A stretch of 64,000 nt of DNA from an uncultured Verrucomicrobiae bacterium (GCA_963707025.1 CAVPOM010000005.1:384001-448000); one strand, 5' to 3'; shown: positions 1 to 10,796, counted from the stretch's first letter. The notes: generated by a model from the letters alone, not told the origin. Numbers and translations: made by a program.

Positions 1-1102
1 ATGGTATTATTGGTGCGACAAACTGGGACTGCTGGTGTGGCAGGACATGCCCAGCGGCAACAACGCCACCCCGGAAGGACAGCGTGAATTCGAGGCCGAA
101 CTGCAGCACATGGTCAAGGACCTTTACAACCACCCCTCCATCATCCTCTGGGTTCTTTTCAACGAAGGCTGGGGGCAATATGACACGCAGCGCCTGACCC
201 GGTGTCTCAAGACGCTGGACCCCTCGCGCCTGGTGGATGACGCCAGCGGTTGGGCCGACACGCATGTGGGCGACATTGCCGATGGCCATAGCTATCCGGG
301 GCCGCCCCCTCTCGAACCCGAGGGCCGGCGCGCCACCGTGGTGGGTGAGTTCGGAGGCTTGGGGATGATCCCCGAGGGACATTGTTGGTCCGCCAGCCGA
401 AACTGGGCCTACCGAATGGAACCGGACGCCGAGGCCCTGAGAAATGACTATCTCCTCCTGCTGCGGCAAGTTTGGAGTTTGCATCACCTGCACGGCTTAA
501 GCGCCGCGGTCTATACACAAACCACGGACGTGGAAACCGAATGCAACGGCCTCCTCAGCTACGACCGGGCCGTGTCCAAACTGCCCCCGGAAATCCTGGC
601 CCAAGCCAATGCCGTTGGGCGCGACCAAATCGCCGGGCGTGTGATTGTTCCGGACGCAATCTCCGCCAATGTATCGTGGAGCTACACCTTCCAGGCGCCT
701 GGACCGGAATGGTTTAGACCCGGTTACAACGCCGCGGGCTGGAAAGAAGGAGCGGCTGGCTTCGGCACACCCCGCACGCCAGGCGCACTGGTCCACACCA
801 TTTGGAACACGGACGACATCTGGCTGCGGCGGCAGTTCACACTCGGGGCCGAGGACCTGCGCGGCCTTAAATTAGAGGTGCACCACGACGAAGACCTCCA
901 GGTTTATCTCAATGGCGTGCTCGCCGCCGAACTGCCGGGCTTCATCGAGCAGTATGGACAATTCGATTTGCGCCCGGAGGCGGTCGCCGCACTCAAGCCC
1001 GGCCTCAACACCCTGGCGGTTCATTGCCACCAAACGGTCGGGGGCCAGTACGTTGATGTCGGATTGATTGTGCCAGACGAGCCCAAACCGCCGGCGCGCT
1101 AG
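1..1102 (+). CDS. Glycoside hydrolase family 2 (beta-galactosidase/glucuronidase-like), 5'-truncated by the window edge, with a C-terminal galactose-binding-like domain
   Basis: Frame is open from base 2 (WYYWCDKLGLLVWQDMP). Contains GH2 motifs NHPSIILWVLFNEGWG (acid/base) and VVGEFGG (nucleophile). Confidence 0.9.
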   Translation, partial: WYYWCDKLGLLVWQDMPSGNNATPEGQREFEAELQHMVKDLYNHPSIILWVLFNEGWGQYDTQRLTRCLKTLDPSRLVDDASGWADTHVGDIADGHSYPGPPPLEPEGRRATVVGEFGGLGMIPEGHCWSASRNWAYRMEPDAEALRNDYLLLLRQVWSLHHLHGLSAAVYTQTTDVETECNGLLSYDRAVSKLPPEILAQANAVGRDQIAGRVIVPDAISANVSWSYTFQAPGPEWFRPGYNAAGWKEGAAGFGTPRTPGALVHTIWNTDDIWLRRQFTLGAEDLRGLKLEVHHDEDLQVYLNGVLAAELPGFIEQYGQFDLRPEAVAALKPGLNTLAVHCHQTVGGQYVDVGLIVPDEPKPPAR

Positions 1103-1449
1103 CGCCTTGAGTTCGCCAAAAAGGCGTCTTCAATATGAGGAAGCATATTGTGAAAAAAACAGACGGAATGCTGAATCCCGGCAATGGCGCCTTTCCAATA
1201 AAACCGCAGCCATGTCACCCCGCCGGGATGCCATGAACTGGTTTGCCTCCCGCAGTGGCCGTTTTATTCAAACTGCTCCAGAGCATTTTTATTCAGGATT
1301 ATGAACGTGATGCCAAAACGAATTCGTCTCGACCCCGCCGACCCGGTGGAAAGCCATGAAAAGAGGGCTTCGACCAGCGCGGAGCCAGGGCACGCCGCGC
1401 GGCAGGCGGTCGGCCAGCCGATGTGTCGTTGACAGCGGCTTCCGGGGGC

Positions 1450-3723
1450 TCATCGGCGATTAAGGTTCGCCGGGCTTGCGGAATAGGGCAGGTCCTCGTC
1501 CCGGATGGGCCGCATATTCGCCTCAGGTCCCATGACCAGGCGCAATTCCCCTCCTTGCAGCAGGTCCTGGTGGCTGATCCAGGTCCGGTTATCATCCGCA
1601 CCATTCAATTGCCGCTTTTGCACATAGACATTCTTTTCATTGTTGGACGAAGCGGTGATGACAAAGGTTCGGTCTTGCGGCAGATGCAGGGTGATTTTTG
1701 GAAACAACGGGCTGGTGAACATATAAGCCGGCGTGCCTGGACAGAGGGGATAAAGGCCGATGGAACTCAACAAAAACCAGCTCGCCATCGAACCGTTATC
1801 CTCGTCGCCCGGAAAACCCGCTGCCCCGGAACTGAACAATTCCGCGCACACGCGCCGGGTCCAATACTCCGTTTTCCAAGGCTGGCCAATGGCGGCGTAA
1901 AGATAAAGCACGTCGAAGACCGGCTGGTTGCCTTGGTCATACTGTCCAAACTTGGCAATGCCCATCTCCCGCATTTCGTGAATGATCGAGCCGTAGCCGC
2001 CCTTGTGAAAAACCGGGGGCAGCCCCATCATTTCATCCAATTTGGCCGCCAGCTTTTCCCGGCCGCCGAGCAGAGCGGCCAGACCGGCGGTGTCATGCGG
2101 CACAAACCAACTGCTTTGCCAGGGGCCTCCTTCCGCATAAGGGCCGCCCCAGGCAAACTGGTCAAAAGGCTTGACCCAATGACCTTTCGCGTCTTTGGGG
2201 CGCATAAAGCCAGTGCCGGCATCCCAGAGCCGGCGGTAATTTTGGGAGCGCGCCATCAGTTTCTTGTAATCTTTCCGCTGGTTCTGCTGTTTGGCGATTT
2301 GCGCCACACACCAGTCATCGTAGGCATAGTCCAGGCTGGCGGAAACGGCATAGGTGCTCGCCCCGTCCGGGATGTAACCGAGTTTGAGATAGTCAGCCAG
2401 ACCCCTTCTGACCAGGACTCCCTTGGCGGGCGGTTGATAAGCGCTTTGCCGCAGCGAGGCATAAGCCTTGGCTACGTCAAAACCCTGGTTGCCCTTGACG
2501 ATGGCATCCGCAAAAATCGCGGCGCAGTGCTGTCCGATCATGCAATCGCGATAACCCGGGCTGGGCCATTCCGGCAGGGTCCCGCCCTCCTCCGCCGCCT
2601 TGACAAATCCCTGAAGTATTTCGTTGAGTTGGGCCGGGTAAAGAATCGTGATCAACGGAAAAGTCGTGCGGAACGCATCCCAAATGCCGATGTCCCCGTA
2701 GAGAATGCCTTCATGAACCTGGCCATCATAGGGACTGTAATGCCGCGCTTTTCCGGCGGCATCCAACTCGTACAAACGGTGGGGAAACATCTGCGCGCGG
2801 TAAAGGCAGGAATAAAACGTCTTCTTCTGCTCCGCACCGGCCTGGATTTCAATCCGGCTGAGATTGGCTTCCCAGGTTTTTTGAACTCGCGCTTGCACCG
2901 CGTCGAACCCTCCGCCGGTTTCCGCCTCCAGATTCTGCCCGGCTTGCTCCCAACTGATCAGGGAGGTTCCAACCTGCATTTCCACCGGATGGCCGGGCGC
3001 GGTTTGAAACTCCACATACGCCGCCACATTGTCGCCTTTCCCCGAAGACCGGCCGGTCGCGGTGTTGCTCACATAGACGTCGGTTTTGGTAAGATCGCGG
3101 TCCAGCTTGACCACAAAGTAGGAGGCAAAATCTCCGCTCACTCCCCCGCTGTTGGTCCGGCTCAATCCGCGGATGGTGCGACCCTCGATCTTTATCTCCG
3201 ATCCACCGCAGGCATTGAGGATCAACCGGCCCGTTTCCCCTTGATGATAGGTAAGCCGGAAGACCGCACCCCGTTCGCTGGCGGTCAATTCCACGGTTAT
3301 TCCCCCCTTCTTAAGATCCAACTTTTCATAGTCGGGCCGTAAAACCGCAGTGGCCGTGTCGTATTCGGACATCCGGGCCTGCGCATCCATCTGCAAATCG
3401 CCCGACTGAGCCATCAAGACAAACTGACCGTAATCGTCAATCCATGGACTGGGCTGATGCGTGGCGCGAAATCCATCTATCTTCCCATTGGGCTCGAAAA
3501 ACCAACTCCCCTTGGCATTTTCAAGGGACCAATCCATCATTCCCCAAGGCGCGCCCACCAGCGGCAACGTGTTGCCATGAGACAAATCGGGATGGGAATC
3601 AGTTCCTTGGAGGATGTTGACATACTCCAGCCGGCCAGCCCCCTCGGGGGAGGCGGAGGCGGCGGCGCGAACCGCCGGATGAAAAGCCAGTCCCAGAAAA
3701 ATGAGCGGGAGGGTTTTATGCAT
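1450..3723 (-). CDS. Secreted GH92 alpha-1,2-mannosidase family protein
   Basis: Signal peptide; motifs SHGNTLP, THQPSPW, WDAFRT, CMIGQH, YAEGGPWQ, QGNQP and PGDEDNGSMASW. Confidence 0.92.
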   Translation of the reverse strand: MHKTLPLIFLGLAFHPAVRAAASASPEGAGRLEYVNILQGTDSHPDLSHGNTLPLVGAPWGMMDWSLENAKGSWFFEPNGKIDGFRATHQPSPWIDDYGQFVLMAQSGDLQMDAQARMSEYDTATAVLRPDYEKLDLKKGGITVELTASERGAVFRLTYHQGETGRLILNACGGSEIKIEGRTIRGLSRTNSGGVSGDFASYFVVKLDRDLTKTDVYVSNTATGRSSGKGDNVAAYVEFQTAPGHPVEMQVGTSLISWEQAGQNLEAETGGGFDAVQARVQKTWEANLSRIEIQAGAEQKKTFYSCLYRAQMFPHRLYELDAAGKARHYSPYDGQVHEGILYGDIGIWDAFRTTFPLITILYPAQLNEILQGFVKAAEEGGTLPEWPSPGYRDCMIGQHCAAIFADAIVKGNQGFDVAKAYASLRQSAYQPPAKGVLVRRGLADYLKLGYIPDGASTYAVSASLDYAYDDWCVAQIAKQQNQRKDYKKLMARSQNYRRLWDAGTGFMRPKDAKGHWVKPFDQFAWGGPYAEGGPWQSSWFVPHDTAGLAALLGGREKLAAKLDEMMGLPPVFHKGGYGSIIHEMREMGIAKFGQYDQGNQPVFDVLYLYAAIGQPWKTEYWTRRVCAELFSSGAAGFPGDEDNGSMASWFLLSSIGLYPLCPGTPAYMFTSPLFPKITLHLPQDRTFVITASSNNEKNVYVQKRQLNGADDNRTWISHQDLLQGGELRLVMGPEANMRPIRDEDLPYSASPANLNRR

Positions 3724-3880
3724 AGGGCGTTACTTTAAGGCGTTCAATTTTTTGTGCAAGTGCCGGTTCCGAACGGCACTTGGATTCTTCTATTTTTGCA
3801 TCAGGCAAAGGGAAGCACCGGCAGCATCTTTGTTCCCCAAAAAAACTCCAAATCACCCGGATTGCCGTGGATCGGCCTGC

Positions 3881-6082
3881 TTATTTGCCCGAGTAAGACA
3901 CGCGCCAAAGCGTGTTGTTGCCATCTTCGGTGACGAGCAAAGCCCCATCGCGGGCCACGGCAACGCCGACCGGCCTGCCCCAGACGCTGGTGTTGTCCAC
4001 GACAAATCCGGTCAGAAAGTCGTCGTATTCCCCCGTGGGCACACCGTGGTGACAGCGCACCCGCACCACTTTGTATCCGGTGCGATTGCTTCGATTCCAC
4101 GAGCCGTGGAACGCGGCAAAAATGTCGCCGCGGTAATCTTCGGGAAATGCGGCCACCCCCGACGCCGCCGTATAGAAAGTCATCTCGAGCGAAGCGGAGT
4201 GGGACTGCACCGGAACATCGGGCACCGTCACCCGCCCGGCCAAATCAGGCCGCTCGCCCGCGTGGCGGGGATCTTCGTGATTGCCCAGGTAGTACCAAGG
4301 CCAGCCATAGTAACCTCCCTCTTTGACCCGCGTGACATAGTCCGGAACCAAATCGTCGCCCAAGGCATCGCGTTCATTGACCGAAACCCACAAGTCGCCT
4401 GTCTGCTGATTCACCGCCATCCCCACGCCGTTGCGGATGCCAGTGGCGAATGAGTGGAGGGGCTCATGGCCCTCCGGATCGGTCACCACGATGACGGCGC
4501 GATTGCTTTCCGAATCCCAGGAGGCGCCCAGACCGTGTTCCGCTTCCCACTGGCGCGCCTCGTCCACGGTTTTCTTCTTCATGTCTTCGGCCACGTTGGA
4601 GCCGGAACCGATGGAGATAAACATGCGCTTGCCGTCCTTGGAGAAAGCCACATCGCGCGTGGTGTGTCCGCCCGTGCTGCGAGTCAACCGCGGCACCACG
4701 ACTTGGGCGGCCTCCGGCGCCTTGAGGCCGCCACTGCGATAAGGGATGCGCACGACCGAATTATTGTTGGCAACATAAAGCCACTGCGGCTCGCCGCCGG
4801 GAGGGTAGAAGGCAATGCCAAAGGGCCGATCCAGACCCTCAGCGTAAACCTGGTTTTCCGACGGAGCATCCGCCCCGTCCGCCGCCCGCATCACCCGGAT
4901 GCGATTGGCGCGCGTTTCCGCGATGAAGATATCACCGTTGGGCGCCACGCGCAGCAAACGCGGTCCCGACAGACCGGAAGCAAACAAACGAATCGTGAAG
5001 TTCGTCGGGACGGACAATTGAGCCTCCGCCGGCCGCGGCACGACGCGCGGGTTGTTTCCGACCGATGCCGTGCTGAAGGGCGCGGGCAACGCCGCCAGAT
5101 CAACGCGATGCTGCACGCCGGGAGCGGCGTGGCGCCAATCTCCCGGATCATTGGCGGGCAAGGGCGCGTTGCGCGCGGTCGTCGCGCCGGGCGAACCGGC
5201 TGCCGGCGCGGTCAGCGTGGCCAGATAGGCCAGCAAATGGGTTCGATCTTCCTTGTCCGGAACCAACACCAGCATGGTGGTTCCCGGGACGGCGGTCATC
5301 GGATTGGCCAGGAAACGATCCAGCGCAGCCGCGCTCCAAACCAAGCCGGCGTCGGACAGGGCCTTGGTATAATTGAAATTGGGCGCGGAGGCGGCGCGCC
5401 GCCCAACCACCCCGGCCAGGCTGGGTCCCTGGCCTCCCACGGCCGTGTTTCTTGGTCCTCCTTCCGCCGCGTGACAAAGCGCGCAATTCTGCTGAAAGAA
5501 CGCCCGGCCAAGCCTCACGTTATCCGGCGCGCCATTGCCGGCGACAATTTGTTCCGGGAGAGAAAGATCAATCATCGAAGCGCCCGGAGCATCGGGAATT
5601 TTCAGCCGAAGAAACGGTTTCCCGCACGCCCGGTGACAGGCATAACACCCCGCCATCGTCTCGCTGTAAGCTGTCTTGAAGCCCTCCATGTCCTTCTGCT
5701 TGATGGCGGTATCCACGGCCGCAAGAAAAGTATTGGTGACAGCTTGCAAAATGCCGTTCAAATCCACCGGCTCTCCCGATTCCGCCGGGCGAAATGGGCG
5801 AATTTGCACCGCCCATTTGAGGTGGGACTGGGAAGTGTCCAGGTAATATTTCGCCAGCGGCCAATTGGTATTCTGCGCGGCAAACCAGAGATTGGCAAAG
5901 TGGTAGCCGACATCGGCCATGGCGTGGGCCTGGTCGGGCTGGGTGCTTTGCAGATTATTTTGATCGCCTTGCCGGGCATGCGCTTGCGGGACAAGTGGTC
6001 CCGCCGTCATCGCCACGGCGCAAAACTGCCGCGCCAAACTTGCCAAAAGACCCTTCCAACTGCGCTTGGGTGAATTGCACAT
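3881..6082 (-). CDS. Di-heme cytochrome c fused to a PQQ-dependent glucose/sorbosone dehydrogenase domain
   Basis: Two CxxCH motifs (CYACH, CALCH); cytochrome c2-like segment GPSLAGVVGR...PGTTM; sorbosone dehydrogenase motifs GHTTRDV, GIRNGVG, VNERDALGDDLVPDY, YGWP, HGSWNR and GRPVGV. Confidence 0.85.
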   Translation of the reverse strand: MCNSPKRSWKGLLASLARQFCAVAMTAGPLVPQAHARQGDQNNLQSTQPDQAHAMADVGYHFANLWFAAQNTNWPLAKYYLDTSQSHLKWAVQIRPFRPAESGEPVDLNGILQAVTNTFLAAVDTAIKQKDMEGFKTAYSETMAGCYACHRACGKPFLRLKIPDAPGASMIDLSLPEQIVAGNGAPDNVRLGRAFFQQNCALCHAAEGGPRNTAVGGQGPSLAGVVGRRAASAPNFNYTKALSDAGLVWSAAALDRFLANPMTAVPGTTMLVLVPDKEDRTHLLAYLATLTAPAAGSPGATTARNAPLPANDPGDWRHAAPGVQHRVDLAALPAPFSTASVGNNPRVVPRPAEAQLSVPTNFTIRLFASGLSGPRLLRVAPNGDIFIAETRANRIRVMRAADGADAPSENQVYAEGLDRPFGIAFYPPGGEPQWLYVANNNSVVRIPYRSGGLKAPEAAQVVVPRLTRSTGGHTTRDVAFSKDGKRMFISIGSGSNVAEDMKKKTVDEARQWEAEHGLGASWDSESNRAVIVVTDPEGHEPLHSFATGIRNGVGMAVNQQTGDLWVSVNERDALGDDLVPDYVTRVKEGGYYGWPWYYLGNHEDPRHAGERPDLAGRVTVPDVPVQSHSASLEMTFYTAASGVAAFPEDYRGDIFAAFHGSWNRSNRTGYKVVRVRCHHGVPTGEYDDFLTGFVVDNTSVWGRPVGVAVARDGALLVTEDGNNTLWRVSYSGK

Positions 6083-6260
6083 AAACGGACATTATCGCAT
6101 CATCCCGGAAGATTCAATCGTCCGTTGCTGGACAGCCCCGCACTGGCGTCGGCGATGGGTGGCGGGCCTTGGAATGATGGGGCCGCATTTTTGGACTCCG
6201 ATTCTCCGGACTCGCGCGCGGAAACGGCGTGCCGCATAGCGCTGCATTGGGCAGATTTCA

Positions 6261-7421
6261 TCAAGCCCGCCACGCTGGGACAGCTTTAACCATGGTCCAA
6301 ACCATTTCGTCCAGGTTGAATCCCTCCGCCCGGGTATTGGTGAAGGCGGCCCAGCATAACCCGCTGGCGGTGCGCACCAGGATGGTCAGGGTTCCCGGCA
6401 AGCTGCCACTGTGCCACCAGTTGGGAACGTTGTTGACATTCCAGCCACAAGCATAATGAGGGTTGGCCGTGCTGGCTGTGGTCATGGTCTTGAGGGTGTT
6501 CCCGCCAAGGATATTCGGCGTGCTTTTGAAACCATCCACATGCATGGCGAATTGAACCAGGTCGCCTGACGTGGCAATCCAGCCTCCATGCGAATCCATG
6601 CGAGTGACATTCATGTTGTAGGGATTTGTTCCTGAGCCTGCCTGCCCGTAATAGACCACTTCGCCCGCAGCCCGTTGCGCGGAGGTGTTTCCGGCCAGGC
6701 GCATGTCGTTGATGCCGCATTTGGCAAGGACAGTTTGCTGCACAAACTCCGCGTAAGACTGCCCTGTGATTTTCTCGATCACGCGTCCCAAAAGGCAAAA
6801 GCCAAAGTTTGAATAGGCGTAGTGCGTGCCCGGGGCATATTGCAATGGCAGGTTGTGAACCGCCCAGGTGATGAGTTCCTTGTGGTTCATTTCCGGCCTG
6901 CTGAACATCGGATCGCGTCCGCTGTTGTCCCAGCCGCCGCAGGTATGGGTGAGCAAGTGGTGCAGGGTTATCTTGTTGACAACCTCGGGGTAGTCTTTCC
7001 CGTAGTCGAACTTGAAGAGTCCTTGCGCGCCGAATATCAAATCATCCAGCCCCAGGCGGCCCTGTTCGATCAGGCAGAAAATGGCGACGGACGTGATCGG
7101 CTTGCTGACGCTGGCGATGCGGAACAAGCTGGCAGGAGTCACCCGCTCACCGGCGGCTTTGTCGGCGTAACCAAATCCTTTCTGATAGACAAATTGTCCG
7201 TGCCGGGCAATCGCCACTGAAAGGCCAGGCGCATTGTATTTGGTCATATATTGTTGCGCGATGGCCGCGATGGCCGCCGCCTCGCTTTCTCGGGGTGTCG
7301 GCTCCTGAAATACGCCTCCCATCGCAAAAACCGGAAGTGGCCGGGAAATGGCCGGCAGAACGCTTGCGGCGGCGGTCCACGCCATTTGCTTCAAACAGGT
7401 GCGGCGGGTTACTGTCTTCAT
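6261..7421 (-). CDS. Tat-exported serine hydrolase (beta-lactamase/AmpC-like family)
   Basis: Twin-arginine signal TRRTCLK; SxxK motif (IASVSK), LLTHT, YSNFGF and WHSGS. Confidence 0.88.
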   Translation of the reverse strand: MKTVTRRTCLKQMAWTAAASVLPAISRPLPVFAMGGVFQEPTPRESEAAAIAAIAQQYMTKYNAPGLSVAIARHGQFVYQKGFGYADKAAGERVTPASLFRIASVSKPITSVAIFCLIEQGRLGLDDLIFGAQGLFKFDYGKDYPEVVNKITLHHLLTHTCGGWDNSGRDPMFSRPEMNHKELITWAVHNLPLQYAPGTHYAYSNFGFCLLGRVIEKITGQSYAEFVQQTVLAKCGINDMRLAGNTSAQRAAGEVVYYGQAGSGTNPYNMNVTRMDSHGGWIATSGDLVQFAMHVDGFKSTPNILGGNTLKTMTTASTANPHYACGWNVNNVPNWWHSGSLPGTLTILVRTASGLCWAAFTNTRAEGFNLDEMVWTMVKAVPAWRA

Positions 7422-7529
7422 AACTTTTTCTTCGGATAAATAATCCAACCATTTGCAGGGCAAAAATTTACAGGATTTTCAATAAACAGAAGGCAGGATT
7501 CGTTGGTGGCGAGCCTGACCAGCCAGGCG

Positions 7530-8900
7530 CTACTTTGCCAGGTCCAGGCAGACCAGCCGGTCTTCGTCGCGCAGATAGAGCCTTTTTTGCGAGAGCACCG
7601 GCGCGGCCCAGCAGGGATAACGCAATACCGGCACCTGAAAATGGCAAATCTCTTCCGGCTGCACGGGGTTGGGCTTGAACAAACCAAGCAGTCCGCCTTC
7701 GCCAATCGTGATCAACTTCCCGTCCGCCAGAATGCTCGAGGCCCGGCCGTACACTCCCGGCGTCCGCGTGCTGTGCGCCGGCCAGCTTTCGTCCAGCTCC
7801 CACTTCAGTTTGCCCGTGCTCAGTTCCACGCAACGCATCCGGGCATCGGGTTCGTTGCGGCCGCTGAACGCATAAAGATAACCGTCCAGACAAATCGGAG
7901 TGGCCCAGTGAAGTTCCAGTGCGTCCCCGCGCCAGACTTCCTCCACGCTCCTGCCGTCCGGCTTCTCCCGCAGCAGGACCGAGCCGATTTTGTAGTAAGC
8001 CGCGGAAATGAAAATCAAATCATCCACCACCACGGGACACATGGCATTGACCGACTCGTTGACGGTCGAACAGAACCAAAAGCTGAAGTTCACCCCGCCC
8101 GTTTTGGGATCGAGCGAAACCAGCCCCTGGCGCGTCAAGCAAAGGACCTCCCGCCGCCCATGGATCGTCGCCGCGACCGGGGTCGAATAGCTGGCCTGCT
8201 TGTCCCAGGATTTCCAGCGCACCCTCGGTTCGCCCGGCCAGCCCGTCATCGGCACGCCTTGCCAATTGGCCTGGCCGACGCTTTGCCAAACCGTCCGGCC
8301 GCTCCCGGGCTCGAGCGCCACCAGGCCCGCATTGGGTTGTCCGCCCACCATCACGATGAGCAAGCCCTCATCCAGAATCGGTGTGCTGCCGACGCCGAAA
8401 AAGGCTTCCGGCACCTTGAAGTCAGCCGCCGTATCGCGCTGCCACACCAGCTTGCCGGTTTGCAGCTCCAGGCAGGTCAGCTTGCCTTCCGCGCCAAAGG
8501 CATAACAAAGATTGGAAGTGAGCAGCGGCGTGCAACGCGGGCCGTTGTTGTAACCGTAGGGATCTATGAAATGGCTTGGGTAACCGAAACGCCAAAGCGA
8601 TTTCCCGGTGTCGGCGGCAAAACATTCCACGACCTCCTCGTTGCCAATGCGATGGTGCAGCACCAATCTTTGACCGAGGACCGAAGGAGCGCCATAGCCC
8701 TTCCCGACACCCTTCTCCCAAACCACGGCCGGCCCGTTCGCCGGCCATTTGTCCAACAGCCCTGTTTCATCGCAAACCCCATTCGCGTGCGGCCCCAGAA
8801 ATTGCGGCCAATCCCCAGCCCACCCCTGGGCGGGGGCGCAACAACCGAGCATCAGGCAAAGGCAGAAGCTGCGAATCATGCCGGGCTTACCATACCGCAA
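7530..8900 (-). CDS. Secreted PQQ-binding-like beta-propeller repeat protein
   Basis: Signal peptide followed by DWPQFLGP; repeated xxTGKxxW blades; C-terminal WAAPVLS..LYLRD..LVCLDL. Confidence 0.88.
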   Translation of the reverse strand: MRYGKPGMIRSFCLCLMLGCCAPAQGWAGDWPQFLGPHANGVCDETGLLDKWPANGPAVVWEKGVGKGYGAPSVLGQRLVLHHRIGNEEVVECFAADTGKSLWRFGYPSHFIDPYGYNNGPRCTPLLTSNLCYAFGAEGKLTCLELQTGKLVWQRDTAADFKVPEAFFGVGSTPILDEGLLIVMVGGQPNAGLVALEPGSGRTVWQSVGQANWQGVPMTGWPGEPRVRWKSWDKQASYSTPVAATIHGRREVLCLTRQGLVSLDPKTGGVNFSFWFCSTVNESVNAMCPVVVDDLIFISAAYYKIGSVLLREKPDGRSVEEVWRGDALELHWATPICLDGYLYAFSGRNEPDARMRCVELSTGKLKWELDESWPAHSTRTPGVYGRASSILADGKLITIGEGGLLGLFKPNPVQPEEICHFQVPVLRYPCWAAPVLSQKRLYLRDEDRLVCLDLAK

Positions 8901-9755
8901 TTGAAGACGGGATGCATCGGGTCTTTTGCACGAGTTTTTGTCGCGCCGCCGCCGCTGGGTCCATCAGTCCCTCCCACCTGCCCCTCACGGATTGACGGCG
9001 CCCGCCTTCAGTGTGTCATCCCCCGTCCTCTCCTCAATCCTCACATCCATCTTCCCGGCTTGGCGACCGTCGGACCGTCGCCCATTCACGCCACCGGCGC
9101 GATCCAGCAAGGGCAGGCGAACCAATTGCCTCAGTGAACGGTCCGAGACACAGGAGGCAAAGTCCGGCCTGCCTTGGGTGGCCAGGCCAAGCCGACGGCA
9201 ACCGCGCCCCACGACCAAACCCGCCACAAACAGTGCCAATCGCCCACAGGTGAGGGAAGCGATGCGCGCATCGAGAAGAACCATCGGATTCACGCAGCTT
9301 ACGCCTAAAGGGAGGAAGCAAAACCGCCGATAAGTGAAGTGTGCCAGCACAAACCTAACCGGTGTATGGATCCGAATCGCATCATCCCGGCCGGACGCAA
9401 GGGGTTTTTCGCGGAGGACGACCTGATTGTCAGCCAACGGACCCGCGCGGCGTCCTCCCCTGCCCAAACGATGTGCGCCTTCTTCGGAAACGAAGATTTG
9501 ACCTGTCGCTTGCCCAATGGCAAGTCTCTCCACGACTGACGATTATGCGCACACTGTACTACGTGCTCCTGTTTGCTTTCCTGCTTCTGGTCCTCTTTTG
9601 CTTAAATTTGGTCCGCTGGGCAGTCTCCAAGGTTCAGCTTGCGCTGGTCTCGGTCGGCCGATGGCCTTCCCCTCGCAGTCGAGGATGGAGGAGAGAATCC
9701 GCCATGAAGGAAAACCCATCGCGCCGGATTTGCTGAAAAAGAGGGGGATGAAGTG

Positions 9756-10763
9756 TCACAGTTTGAGCTTGAGGAGGGCCACTTCCAAGGCGAGGGCCTC
9801 TTGCACGTTGGTGTTGAGCTGGCGTTGCAGAAGGTCCACTTCTTCCAGGTTTCTCATGGCATCGGCGGGGGAAATGCGCGCGGCCACCGCGGCGGCCGCC
9901 CCCTCCAGGTCGGGAAAACTGAACAACCCGCCGCCGGCCTGCAAGGTGTGCAGCCAGACATCGCGCAACCACCAGTGCAAGGCGCCAAGCAGGTCGCCGC
10001 GCTGGTGGCGGTATTCGGATTCGATGGCGGCGGTTAACTCGTCCTCCAGCTTTTCGCGCACATCGGGATCCAGTTCATCGTATTGCTCCAGGGGCGAGCG
10101 CGCGGCGAGTGCCTTCTCAATGTCCGCCTTTTGGGCGGCGAGTTTCTTCATGAGCAGGCCCAGCAACTGGTAACGGGCCATCAAGCCGCGCCCGGACCGC
10201 GCCGCCAGTTGGCTGAAGGCGGCCAGCCAGGCGGCGTGTTGGGCGTGGGTCTGCGCGCTCTCGCCGCCAAAGCTCAGGCGCAGACAACGGGAGAGGATGG
10301 TTTCCAAAATGCGCTGCGGCGCGGTGGTCAGGAGAAGGAGAATGGAATCGGCGGGCGGCTCCTCCAGGGTTTTCAAGAACGCGTTGCCGGCCTGCGGGTT
10401 GAGCCGGTCGGCGGCCACCACCACGCCGACTTTGAATTTGGCGGCGGTCGGTTTTAAATGGAGGCTGTGCAGCAGGCCGCGGATCTGGTCAATGGTGATG
10501 ACGCGGGATCTGGATTCGGGGCGCACCCAGAGGACGTTGGGATGGACATCGCGTTGGATCCTCCGGCAGGGGTCGCACTGCCCGCAGGAATGAAGGGACG
10601 GTTGGGCGGCGGCACGGGCGGAGGCGCAGTTGAGGGCCTTGGCCAGGGTGCGCGCCATGATTTCCAATTCATCCAGGGAATCGCCGGAAAAGAGGCAGGC
10701 ATGGGCGAGGCGGTTTCGTTGCAGGCTTCGTTCCAGCAGGAGGGTCATGTTGGTTTGGGGCAT
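9756..10763 (-). CDS. holB: DNA polymerase III subunit delta'
   Basis: HACLFSG, zinc motif CGQCDPC, ITIDQIR, NAFLKTLEEPP and TILSRC. Confidence 0.9.
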   Translation of the reverse strand: MPQTNMTLLLERSLQRNRLAHACLFSGDSLDELEIMARTLAKALNCASARAAAQPSLHSCGQCDPCRRIQRDVHPNVLWVRPESRSRVITIDQIRGLLHSLHLKPTAAKFKVGVVVAADRLNPQAGNAFLKTLEEPPADSILLLLTTAPQRILETILSRCLRLSFGGESAQTHAQHAAWLAAFSQLAARSGRGLMARYQLLGLLMKKLAAQKADIEKALAARSPLEQYDELDPDVREKLEDELTAAIESEYRHQRGDLLGALHWWLRDVWLHTLQAGGGLFSFPDLEGAAAAVAARISPADAMRNLEEVDLLQRQLNTNVQEALALEVALLKLKL

Positions 10764-10796
10764 AGGGCGGGAGAGTGGGGCGGTCAGGGACCTCCG

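Noticed and set aside
1131..1150. Palindrome CAATATG-N6-CATATTG
   Set aside because: Lies between convergent gene ends with no promoter context; could be chance or a weak terminator.
1423..3342. Long antisense ORFs (e.g. 1423-3342, 11379-13136, 18373-20160, 29520-31889, 44292-46298, 60508-62109)
   Set aside because: Shadow frames of well-supported genes in high-GC DNA, with no recognisable motifs.
6261..7421. Bona fide antibiotic-resistance beta-lactamase
   Set aside because: Only generic serine-hydrolase family motifs; the substrate cannot be inferred.
9105..9215. c-di-GMP-I riboswitch (GCAAAG..CCGGCCT resemblance)
   Set aside because: A GNRA-capped P2 stem and P1 pairing could not be built convincingly by eye.
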